Shown: positions 17,698 to 29,600 of the stretch, in pieces
Layout: every line of letters starts with the position of its first letter
Position numbering within the stretch: the stretch's first letter is position 1
Source of the DNA: a virus
Length of the DNA: 64,000 bases
Reading direction: 5' to 3' (one strand)
Virus record (IMG/VR): IMGVR_UViG_3300035189_000033
Location: 22,539 to 86,538 of that record
Notes under the pieces: model-generated
Seen by the model: the letters and a program-made list of their open reading frames with translations, nothing else
Database searches by the model: none
Told to the model about the DNA's origin: nothing
Program-made: the position numbers and the translations under genes

Positions 17698-20600
17698 TGC
17701 CACTCGACGGTGCTGATGACGGCGCATGGCTGGTGCCGGATAAGCCGGTTGGCAAAGCACCGCGAGCGCCGGACTTCGACCTGATCCCCGACCCGCCGGC
17801 GAAACAGGCGGCAGCGGATGATTCGGGGGATTGGCTCGTGCCGGATCGGCCGCGAGCGGCCGTCGCGCAACCGGCGGCGCAGCCAGCCGCACTCGCACCG
17901 GCACAGCCCGCAGCGCGCCCTGCATCAGCACAGACAGCCCCGGTTCAGCAGATGCCGCCGCTCGATGAGTTGGGTATCGGCCAACTCGGACCGCAAACCG
18001 GCGCACCGCCAGGGCAGAAACCGGTCGAGGTGGGACAACCGGGCGTCAATATGCTCGCCGCGATCGCGCAGGGCGCCAAAGCGGGCTGGCAGGGCGGCGC
18101 GTTCCAGGAACAGCCGGGCCTGGTTGACGCTGAACTTCAAACCCTGAAAACGCCGGTCTATGGCTCCGGTCCGACGGCTATGCCGGGCTTCGCTGCTGTC
18201 CCCGCCGTGACTGGCCTAGCCGGGCACGTCATCAACCAAGCGCTCGGCGCACTCGGCGGTGGCTTCACGTCTGGCGTCGTGCAAGCTGGCGAAGAAGTCG
18301 GGCCGAAACTGGGCGGACCGCAACTCGCACGAGACTATCTCGGCTACCTACAGGCAATCGGCAATGAGATCGGCATGGGGGGCGTGTTCGCGCCCAAAAC
18401 GATAGCCGAAGCGGAATCAGGTGCGAACACGCGGATCTTCCGGGGTGGAAGCCCCGGGCCAGGCGATTCGCCTGGGCGGGTGCTCAATTGGGATGTGATC
18501 GAACAACGGCCGCCGGCGCCGCCAGCGCGTTCTGTGCCCGGCGTCAAACGGAGCGAAGTAGACATTCAGCTTGAGTCTGATGCGTTCCTGATCGCCCATC
18601 CTGAAACCGCGGCGATCTACGACAAATACCATGGCGAAGGTGCCGCACAGAAGGTGCTCGACGCCGCTGCCAAGAAGCCCGAGGGCGGCAAGCCGCAGGC
18701 GACGACGCCGACTGCCGCGAGCGCGGCCCCCGCGAAACCAGCCGAAGAACCGCCGAAACCCTCTGCGTCCGACGATACGGTTAAAACAGCCACCAAACCC
18801 ACCGGTCCAACGGCGCCCAAAATCCGCACGATCTCGCAAATCCAGAAGGAAGACGGCGTCGGCTACAACGAGGCGGCGCGCCGCCGGGATGCTGAAAAGC
18901 TGGTGGCACAGCTGGTCTCGTCCGCCGCCGCGCCGACCGCAGCAGATGCAGGCACCCCTGCGCCGGATGGTGCGCCTGCCGCTGGCGACACCGGAACTGT
19001 GACCACTAGCGAAACACGACCCACCAAACTTAAACCGGGGCAACGATTTCACGAGTACCCGGACTCCGCGCTTGTGGCTGATGGGCTGCGTGAAGGCGAC
19101 GAGATAACCACCAGCGCAGGAGATAAATTCACCGTACTTGGGGTCTTCGCCCATAACAGGAATCGGCCTGACTTGGGCAACAGGATCGACATCCGCTGGG
19201 ATAATGGAAAAGAAGTCTCCTTCAAACCACGCGACCTCGAATCCGTCCTCGTGCCGCACTATTATTACGACGCCAACACTGGCGAGCGAAAGCTGGGCGA
19301 GGGAGCGACGATCCAGCGGGCCAAGGCTGCGGCCGAAGACGCGGCTACTGGCGGCAAGGGCACGTCCGATGAACCGCCTGTGGCGACGGCCGCCGATTCC
19401 GCCACCACGGCACCGGCCCCGGCAGATGCAGGCACCGCACCGCCCGCTCCTAGACCCGTCAGCCAGATCCAGGCCGAGGACGGCGTTCCGCTCGGGACGG
19501 CGGTGCAAACCCATGAGGCGGAGAAGCTGGCAGCCGAACAGGCGCTCACCACAACCGAACAGCCCAAAGCCGATGAGCCCGACCTCGAAAACGCCCATGA
19601 GGGACCATGGGAAGCCGCCGGCACCAACGCCGAGGGCGAGACGGTCTACCGCAACCCCAAGGGCCGGCTGGCGACATTCGATGCCGGCGTGCCGTGGCTG
19701 GGTGCGGCGGACGGCTCGGACGACGACAACAAGCGGCTGAAGGTGGTCAAGCCCGTTGAGGCGGCGGCGGCACCAGAACCCCGCCCGGTCGAGCAGATCC
19801 AGGCCGAGGACGGTGTTGGCCTCGGTGCTGCGGTGCAGACGCACGAGGAGGAGAAGGAAGCGGCGAAGAAGGCTGAACAGGAGGCGGCAGGCGAAACCGA
19901 AAAGCCCGAGAAGAAGCCCGCGGCGAAGAAAGCCAAGCCCGCCGCGGCCGAACCGGAGGATGAGGCGCCCGCCGAACCGGCCGCCGAACCATCCGGCGAT
20001 CAAAAGACTCCGGGAAAATCCGGGATTAAAGCGAACGAGAAACCGCAACAAACGCAGCCCGCCCAGTCGCCCTCGGGCTCCTTAGTGATGGCGCCGATCG
20101 GGGACGACTATTTCCCGCCCGTCCAGTCGGGGCAGAAGTTGCGCACACAATCGGGCCGCGACATCACGGTCCCGACGTTCAGCAGCGGGTCAAACCGGGC
20201 GGACAATCTCGCCCGCCGCAAGCTCAACGCCTGGCTGGCGGACGAGACGCGCAAGGAAGTCGCCGCGAGCGGGGCTGACAGCTATCTGGCCGGCATTGTG
20301 GCCGGAATGAACCCCAAGAACATGTCGCAAACCGACCGCGACACCGCGAGCGATATCCTGTTCGGGGCGGATGGTCCGAAAGCCGCTCCCAAGGCGGAAC
20401 CGGCCAAGAAACCGGCGGCTGCACCCGAAGCCGCAGCGCCGGCGACGCCGGTCACGAAACCCTTCACGTCGCAAGACATCGGAACGAAGGTGCGGCCGAA
20501 GCCGGGCAGTGGCCTCGATCCGGTCAAGAACGCGGGCATTATCTCGCACGTCCAGACATCGCCGCAGGGGCCGAAAATTTCGGTCAACGGCGGCCCGCAC

Positions 20601-23600
20601 TTCCTGGGATCGGACTTCGAGCGCGTGCCGGAAGCGATCCCTGTGACACCCGAGGCGCTGCACGACCGTATCATCGCCCAGCTTCAGGCCGACACCAGGC
20701 TGCAAGCGGTTTTGTCGAACGCCGAGGAAAGCCCCGATGGCGCGCGCGAGACGGTTCGCAAGGCATACCGCGCCGCGCTGGGCCAGATGCTGGCCGACGC
20801 GGATATGCCAGACCTGCACGCTATCGCTGCCGCGTCGGATGCGTTGCGCGACAGGCCGATCGGCATGGATGACGTGCGCGAGATCACGGCGGCCCGCCCG
20901 GGAGCCGCACCCGAACCGGCTGCAGAAGCCACCGGCACGCCGACCACCGACGCGAAACCCGCCGCACCCGCGCCAGCCGCAACGCGCACGATCACACCCG
21001 AAGAGCCAACTTACGATCCCAAAGACGAAGATCAGCGGAACGCCCCGGTTGGGGAGTTTGGCTGGAGAGACCTCGGGGGAGGATACGATTATCGCTTTGG
21101 CGAAACGGGTGATGATCGTGTCCGGCGCCGATTTATCCAGGTCAGAATTCTCGACAACTACAACGACCCAACCGATTGGTTCACTTGGAACACGGTTCGC
21201 GCGGAATCGCTCGACATGACACTTCAGGCGCCCCTGGTGCACAGCTACGTGCGCAAGGGTCGGGACGGCGAGATGGAGCCGGATGAGGTCTGGCCGGAGC
21301 ACGGCCCGGAGATCGAGCACCGTTTACGCGAAGCGGCGAAGCAACAAGGTGACCAGCAAGGTCTACCCGCACCTGATTTGCAAACGCCGGGCGGAAGCGC
21401 CATATCGGAAACTCAGGAGTCCGCAGATGGCGATCGACCCGACAGTGCTGAAGTGGGTGAACCGACAGGTGGCGGACCTCGCGCATCGGGGGCTGGTGCC
21501 CGGAAGCCCAAGGGAAACCGACCTGCTGCAACACTGGCTCCAGAATCGGCCGAAGATGATGCACCGGCTGGACTCAGCGGGGATGGCGGAGAAGCTGGCG
21601 TTCGTCCTGGATCAGAAGCGGTGGGAGGCGCGCCAGCAGTACATAGCGGCGGGGATGCCGCCACCGGACGCGGAGGAACAGGCGATGAGGGAGTGGTGCC
21701 TGATGGAGCCGGAGGACGAACCCCAAACCCAGCCGTTACCCGCCCCAATTTCCACATTGACGACCCAAAGCGAATAATCGGCGGCACTGGACCTAAGCAG
21801 CGTTTCGCCCGCAACCGGGCCGCTTTAAAGGCGCTTGAAGACATCCAGGCAGAAGGCCGCGATCCGACCCAGGAAGAATTGGAGACCATGGCCGGGTTCA
21901 TCGGCTGGGGCTCGTTTGGCCAGGAGGTCTTCCAGGGCAGTTTCGAACGGCAACCCTACCGCGATGGATGGGAAGAAGAAGGCCGTTGGCTGCGCGAGCA
22001 CCTGGGCAAAGAGGCGTGGGACAGTGCCCGCGACTCCATCCGCAACGCCCATTACACCGACCCGCCCACCGTCGCCGCGATGTGGGACATGGTTCGCCAC
22101 ATGGGTTTCTGGGGCGGGCGGGTGCTCGAACCGTCCATGGGCGTCGGCAACTTCTTCGGCCTGATGCCGCGCGACCTGATGGGTCAAAGCGATCTGACCG
22201 GCATCGAGAAGGAAAAAACCACCGGCGAAATGGCTAAGCTGCTGTATCCGCACGCCGGTATCCACGTGCGGGGCTACGAGGAAAGCAAAACCGCAGATAA
22301 TTTCTACGATCTGGTTATCGGGAACTGGCCGTTCGCTGCGCAAAGCCCGCCCGACCGACGCTATGACAGGCTCTCGCCAAGCCTGCACAATTACTTCTTC
22401 CTCAAGGCGCTGGATCAGGTCCGCCCCGGCGGGCTCGTGGTCGGCATCACCAGCAACGGGACGATGGACAGCGCCGGCCGCGCCGCCCGGCTGGAAATGG
22501 CGAAGAAGGGCAAGCTGATTGCCGCGTTCCGCCTGCCGTCTGGCGCGTTCAAGGATTACGCCGGGACTAGCGTCGTCGCCGACATCATCATCCTGCAGAA
22601 GCGGGCGCAACCGCTGGCGAATGCCGTCGATGAGCCATGGATCGATGCCACGGAGATGAGCACCGGGCACGGCGACATCCGGGTGAACCGGTATTTCCAG
22701 GATCACCCCGAAAACGTGCTGGGCACCCTCGATTGGGGCCACGGCACCACCTCGGGGCGCCCGGGGATGATCGTGCATCGTCCGGACGACCTGGAGCAAC
22801 GGCTGCAAGCTCTGGCGGCAACGCTGCCAACAGACGCCTATCAGCCAGTGATCCGGGGCAAGGAACCGCGCTTTCTGGTCAACAACACGACCGACCGGCA
22901 CGGCAGCATCGTCATTGGCGACGACGGCCATCTCTACCAAGTCCAGGGTGAGCGGCTGACCCGGCTTGACGACCTGAAAAGCGGGATGACAACAGGGCCG
23001 GCCAAGGTGGTGAAGGCGCGCGAAGATCAGGTTCGCCGCATGGTCGCGATGCGCAAGGCGTATGGCGCGCTGATCGACGCCGAGCGGGACGGCAAGCCGG
23101 AAGCCGACACGCTGCGCAAGTCGCTGAAGGCGCAGTACGACCAGTTCCGCGCCGAGCACGGCCCGATCGGTAAATCCGATGGCTTGCGTGTGCTTGACCG
23201 GATGAAAGACCCTGGCCGTTCGGCGGTTGAATCGCTGGAACGGCCGGACGGGACGCCTTCACCCATTCTGACCGAGCCGACGGTGCGTTCGAGGCGGAGC
23301 CTGGAAAACCCCTCGATCGCCGACGCATTTGTCCTGGCGCGAAACGAGCAGGCAAATTTCGACCTCGACCGCGTCGCCGAACTGACCGCCAAGCCGCGCG
23401 CCGCGGTTGAGGATGTGTTGCTCGACCAGGGCGCCATCATGCGAACGCCGGGCGGCGGTTTTGAGGCGACCGACGATTATTTGTCAGGCAACGTCCGGCG
23501 CAAACTGCGTGAGGCCAAGGAAGCCCTGGCCGCTGGCGATGAGAAAATGCAGCCGTCGATCGATGCGCTGACCAAAGTTCTGCCGCCAGATACGCCGTAT

Positions 23601-26600
23601 TACAACATCGAGGCGAAGCTGGGCGCCACCTGGGTCGGCGATGACGCCTACCGGTCGTTTATCGGCGACCTGTTGAACCTGACACCCGATCAGCGCGCGG
23701 GCGTCGATGTCCGCTTCACCGGGAGCCGCTGGCGGGTGCGGTTCGGTGACCGTGCCATCAACGGCAAGGCCGAGGCCAGGACTGTCCACGGGCACGAAGA
23801 TTACCCGTTCAACCAGTTGATCATGGCGGCGATGGGCAACCGCTCCGTCAAAATCACGTACCGGGACGATGACAACGTCAAGCACACCGACGACAAGGCG
23901 ACCGAAGAGGTCAACGCCAAAGTCCAGGATCTGAAAGAGAAGTTCACCGACTGGGCGTGGTCGGACCCGGAACGCAAGGTGGCGTTCGAACAAGCCTTCA
24001 ACGAGACGATGAACGCCATCGCCAAGCCGCGCTTTGACGGCTCGTTCATGGATATGTCGGGGATGGCGCTGCGCCGCGGCAATGACCCGTTTTCCATGCG
24101 GCGGCATCAGCTTAACGCCATCTGGCGCGGCGTGGCGCTTGGGCGCGGACTGTTCGCCCATGAGGTCGGCACCGGCAAGAGCTACACCATGGCCGGGATC
24201 GCTGTTGAAGGCCGCCGCTATGGCAAATTTCGCAAGCCCGTGGTGTTCGCGCACGGCGCCAACAGCGCCGCCGTCGCCCAAGAGTTCCAGGACATGTATC
24301 CGGGCGGCAAGTTCTTCTACATCAGCACGCTAAAGCCCGACCAGATCGCCACCAGCCTGCGCCGCATCGCCAACGAGGACTGGGATGCGGTGATCATGCC
24401 GCACAGCCTGATCGACCGCATGGCGCTGACCAAGCCGACCCTGGTGGCATTGGCGGCGGAGCAAATTGCCGAACTGGAAAACGCGGCGATCGAGGCGGCG
24501 GCGGAAGATGACATTACGCTTACGCCCGAAGAAATTTACAGCCTGATCGAAGAGTCCAAAACGGACAAAAAGGCGATGGGCCGTCTGCGCAGCCCGACCG
24601 CGAAGGATGTTGTCCGGCAAATCCAGTCGCTTCTGAACAACATCGAGAAGCAGGCCAGCCGTGCCTCGAAAGAGGACGCCGTGCCGTTCGAGCAACTGGG
24701 CATCGACGCAATTCTTGTCGACGAAGCGCACGAGTTTAAAAAGCCGCCGTTCGCCACGGCGATGAAGATGCGCGGGCTGAACACCCAGTCCAGCGACCGC
24801 TCCATCGCGCTGGACTTCCTGACCAAATACGTCAAGGCCAACAATGCCGGGAAGGGCGTGTTCCTGTTCACCGGGACGCCGGTGACCAACACGTTGAACG
24901 AAATCTTCAACATGGCTCGCTACTTCATGGATGACCGGATGGCAGATGCCGGCATCAAGGAGTGGGACGCATGGTTTAACACTTTCGCCGACGCGACCAA
25001 CGACATCGAACTGACCAGCACCGGCGAGATTGAGCCGGTGAAACGGCTGGCCGCGTTCAACAACGTCGATGAACTGGTGCGCCAGATGTCGGAGTTTGTT
25101 GACGTCGTCCAGGCCAAGGACATGCCCGAGTTCAAGCCGCGACCGACGCCGTCGGGCAAGACCCTGACATCGCCCGACCTCACCGCGGAAGAGCTTGATT
25201 TCCTGATGAACGGCCGGACCCTCAAGCCCGAGGGCCGCCCCTACGTCAAGGTGATGACCGACGTCGGCGAGATGTCGCCCGCCCAGGTGGACATCCTCGA
25301 CGAACTGCGTGAACTGGCCCGAGAGTTCAAGACTGCTGACGGGAAGCAGAAAAAGGAGTGGATGCAGGAGGGTGACGAGCGGGTGCCGATCCGCATCGAA
25401 ACCAACTCCGCCAACACTGGTATCGACCCGAGGCTGTACAACCCGGACGCGCCGGACACCGAAGACAGCAAGATCAACCGCATTGTGCGCAACGTGCTGC
25501 GCCACTATGGCGAGCCGGACGCCGCGCAGGCGATCTTCCTCGATCGCGGCTTCAATCCTGTGAAGTCGTCCGAGGGGCGGGCGAGCCGTTTCGTGGTGGT
25601 CGATGAACTGATCGCCAAGCTGGTCGAGGGGGGCATCCCGCGCGAGCAAATCGCCGTCGTCGCAGGCGGGATGAAAGCGGAGAAGAAGAAAGAGATCGCC
25701 GACGGCATGAACTCGGGCAAGTACCGGATTGCCATCGGCCAAAGCGGCACGTTGGGCGTTGGCGTGAACATGCAGGAACGGCTGCGCGCCATCCACCACT
25801 TTGATGCGCCCTGGCGTCCGGGCGATCTGGAGCAGCGCAACGGCCGCATGAACCGCCAGGGCAACACCTGGAACATGGCCTACGAATACCGCTACGTGAC
25901 CGAAGGCATCGACGGCCGCCGCTGGCAGGTTCTTCAGGTTAAAGACAAGTTCATCAAGGCGTTCATCGCCGCGTTCAACGACACCAGCGGCAAGCGCATC
26001 GGCAATATTGAGGGCGATGCGGCGGATATGTCGGAAGATGAGGACTTCTCGAAGACCTTGTCGGCCGCTGCCGGCGATCCGAGGATTATGATCAGGGCCA
26101 AATACAAGGCCGATGTGGAGCGTTTGCAGCGCCGCGAGCGGTTGCACACCAGGGGTCAGGCCGAGGCGATACAGCTTGCCCGCAGTCGGCGGCCGATCGC
26201 CCAGCGTTTGCAAGAGCAGGCCGCAGCGCAAGGCCGTTACGCCGATCGCTGGGAAGCATCGGTTGCCCGTGCGGCGAAGGCTGCGGAGGCCGATGGAGAC
26301 GACCGCAAGTGGTATGAGATTGACGGCGACAAAGCCCAGGCGGCGGCCAAAATCGCTAACCTGGAAACATCGCTCGCGGGTTGGGACGATCAAATCGCCA
26401 AGGCGCGGAAGGCGCTGCAAGAGGCGAAGACGGCAAACAATCGGTTCGAACATATCGAACGGCGCCTTGACCGGCTGATTGGCGCCAAAAACCGGGCGCA
26501 GGCCGCTGTTGAGACCGTCAGGTCCACCGGGCGCTGGTTTGATACCGGCGCCGATCTTCAGGATACGCTTGACAAGGCGATCACTGAGGTCGCCAGGGGC

Positions 26601-29600
26601 GAGAAGCGGAAACTCGCGACCGTGGGCGGTTTTGATATCGTCGGTAACTGGAGCAGCCCGTTCAACTTCTTCGAGGCGCCGCGCATTGAGATCTACGACC
26701 CCGCAAGCGGGGAAGTGGTAGACTGGGTAACCGGATTGACGGTGCTGCGCATCGCCAATGAACTGAACCAGCGGCGCCAAAAACAACAATCCTGGGCGAC
26801 TGACGCCGCCGAGAAAATGGCGTCGATCCCCGCGCTGGAAGCCGCTGGCAAGCAGGATTTCCCGCAGCAGGAAAAGCTGACCAAGTTGCGCCAGCAGCTT
26901 GCCAAGCTGGAAGACGACCTACAGGCCAATCCAAACCCGCCGCCGTCCTGGCTGCGCAACGGCGCGCCGATCGACACCGATATCTACGTGGATGGAGAGC
27001 CCCGCACGGTGCGTGGGCATCGGGTGGTGGACGACTATTTCCTGGTCACCGACGAGGGCGAAGTGCCCTACCTGGCGGCGATGGACGCCAACGGGCTGCG
27101 GATGTTCACGGTTCACGAGCCGCCGCAGGTCGTGTCGCGGGAAACGCCAGACTGGGTGAAGCCGCATCTCGAAGCGACCAAGGGCGTCTCCGAGGGTGAC
27201 CCGCATGTCTGGCACGGCGAACTGGTCTGGCACAACCGCGACCTGGCGCTGATAAGGGGCACCACGAACCTGTGGGGGCCGGACGAAACGGCGTTCCTGG
27301 GGTTCAAGAAGGGCGTTCCTGCCGAGCCGGGCCGCAACCTCATCGGCATGATGTCGCCGAAGGGTTTCAAGCCGCAGGAGTGGGAGCGGCTGGGTGAAGC
27401 GCGCGACGACTACGTTGCCCGCGAGGCGAACAAGGCGGCGCTGGCGGCCGCGGCACAGCCGACGCCCGCGAGCGGGTTCCAGCCGACGCCGGGCCTGGAC
27501 TGGACGGTGGATGAGACTGAGCGTTGGGTGCGCGGGCTGCCGCGGGGCGGGCTGGCCGAGGGATCTGGGGGCATCTCCGTGCCGCTCTACAGCGCGGTGC
27601 AGCGGGCGGCCGACGCGCTGAAGCAGGCCAAGGGCACCGGCCAGCAGATGCTGGCGCAGATCGTCAAGACGCCCGGGGTGAAGCCGGAAGAGATCGAGTG
27701 GATGGGGCTCGATGATTGGCTGAAGTCGCAGCCCAGCGTGACCAAGCAGCAGATCCAGGATTTCGTCGCGGCGAACCGGCTGGAGGTGCGGGAAGTCACC
27801 AAAGGCGACTATCGGGCCCGGCTTGAACCGGCGCACACAGCGGTCAGTGAAGCTGCCGACCGGCGACAGATCGCGGCCGAACGGCTGGAGCGCGGCGTGG
27901 ATCAGAACGGCTACACGGTCGAGATCGACGGCGAGCGCTTGTATCATGACGAGATCATGCGCGGGCTTGCTGATGGCGCAATCAAGCCGGGCGATTTGCC
28001 CGTGGCGCACGGGTTACGTTCCCGTGCCGCGCTTTTTGTCGAGGCTGTCGCCGACGAAGCGCAGGCCGAGGCCAAGCTGAAGCAGGCGCAAGAGCGGGTC
28101 AGAGCCAACCCAGACCCAACCAAGTTCGGAGGCTGGCTGGCGCCGTTCCAGCCCACGGACCAATACCGCGAGATCGTATTCACTTTGCCGGCGCCAGAAC
28201 CGTCGCCTGCTGGCGACATTGAGAGGCTACAGAACGGTAAGTTTCGGGTTACTTACGGCGGATCGGGTGACGTGTTTGCTACGCGGGCTGAAGCCGAAGC
28301 GGAAACCCGGCGACTGGGCGAAATCTTCAACAAAACAAATGATTCACGGGTTTTTCGTGGTGGGCATTGGAGCGAACGGAACGTCGTGGCGCATGTCCGC
28401 TTCGATGTAGTCGAGGCGCCGGACGGCGCGCGCGTGCTGATGGTCCACGAGGTGCAAAGCGATTGGCATCAGGCGGGTCGAAAGAAAGGCTACCAGACTG
28501 GCGAAAAGCCCAAGGGCGCGGGCAATTTCATGGACTGGACCGCGCGCCAGGGGATCAGCGCGGACGACGCGGGCCGGATCTGGGAATACCGAGAAAAGGG
28601 CGACCCCAACACGCCTGACAACGTGATCTACGCGCGCTGGCGGCAAGAGAGCGACGCGGCGATCGCCGCCATCGATCGCTGGAACCATGCGGTGCCGGAT
28701 GCGCCATACAAGACCACGTGGCCTACGCTGGTGATGCGGCGGACGATCAAATACGCCGTGGACAACGGCTTCGACCGGATCGCGTGGTCGCCGGGTGCGG
28801 TGCATGCGGATCGCTACGACCTGTCCAAGCAGATCAGCCGCGTCGAATATGACCAAAGCCCCAACAACCCCGAGGGGGGCTCATTCAAGGCGTTCGATAA
28901 GAGCGGCAGAGCGGTTATCAACCGCTACGCCAAGACGGCCGAACTGCCAGACATGATCGGCAAGGCGGCGGCTGACAAACTGCTGGCGCAAAAGCCCGAA
29001 GGCGACGGCATCACACGGGGCAACAGTCTGAAGCGAACGCTTCGCGGCCTCGATCTGAAAGTCGGCGGCGAGGGGATGACCGGCTTCTACGACGACATTC
29101 TGCCCAAGACGGTGCAGAAGATCGTCGGCAAATACGGCGCCAGGGTGGGCAAGAGCGAGATACCGACGGGCGGCGGCAATGCTGCGGCGCGTGCCGAGTA
29201 TGCCCAGGAGATTGAGGACATCGAGGCCGCTATCGTCCACAACGAAGCGGCCGGCGCCGAAGAGCACTACCTCGACCAACTGCGGGACCAGTTGGCAGAG
29301 GTTGAAGCCCAGATGATGCAGGACACAATGGATCGTTCCGCGCAGCCCGGCGCGTCCGCCGTCCACTCCTTCGACATCACGCCGGCGCTGCGTGACGCGG
29401 TGCGGACTGAGGGGATGGCGCTGTTCGAGCGCAAGCCGGGTGGTGCGGATAGGCCAGCCAGCCCGGCGCCGGCGACGAAACCAACCTGGGCGACGCCGCT
29501 GGCCAGCGATATCAACGGCACTGTGGCATGGCAGAGCAAGGGGCTGGCGCTAATCCAAGGGCACTCGATCAGCGGCAAACGCATCTACGTGCCGGCCAAG

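Noticed and set aside
24330-26789. Long antisense ORFs (also 18417-20051, 21825-23159, 41786-43180, 54911-57082, 57930-59318)
   Set aside because: Expected stop-poor reverse frames of GC-rich genes; no SD or motifs
18631-28618. Other same-strand alternate-frame ORFs in the giant gene (e.g. 19138, 20737, 26113, 28219)
   Set aside because: R/P/S-rich shadow composition, no clear SD, and many overlap conserved domains rather than linkers
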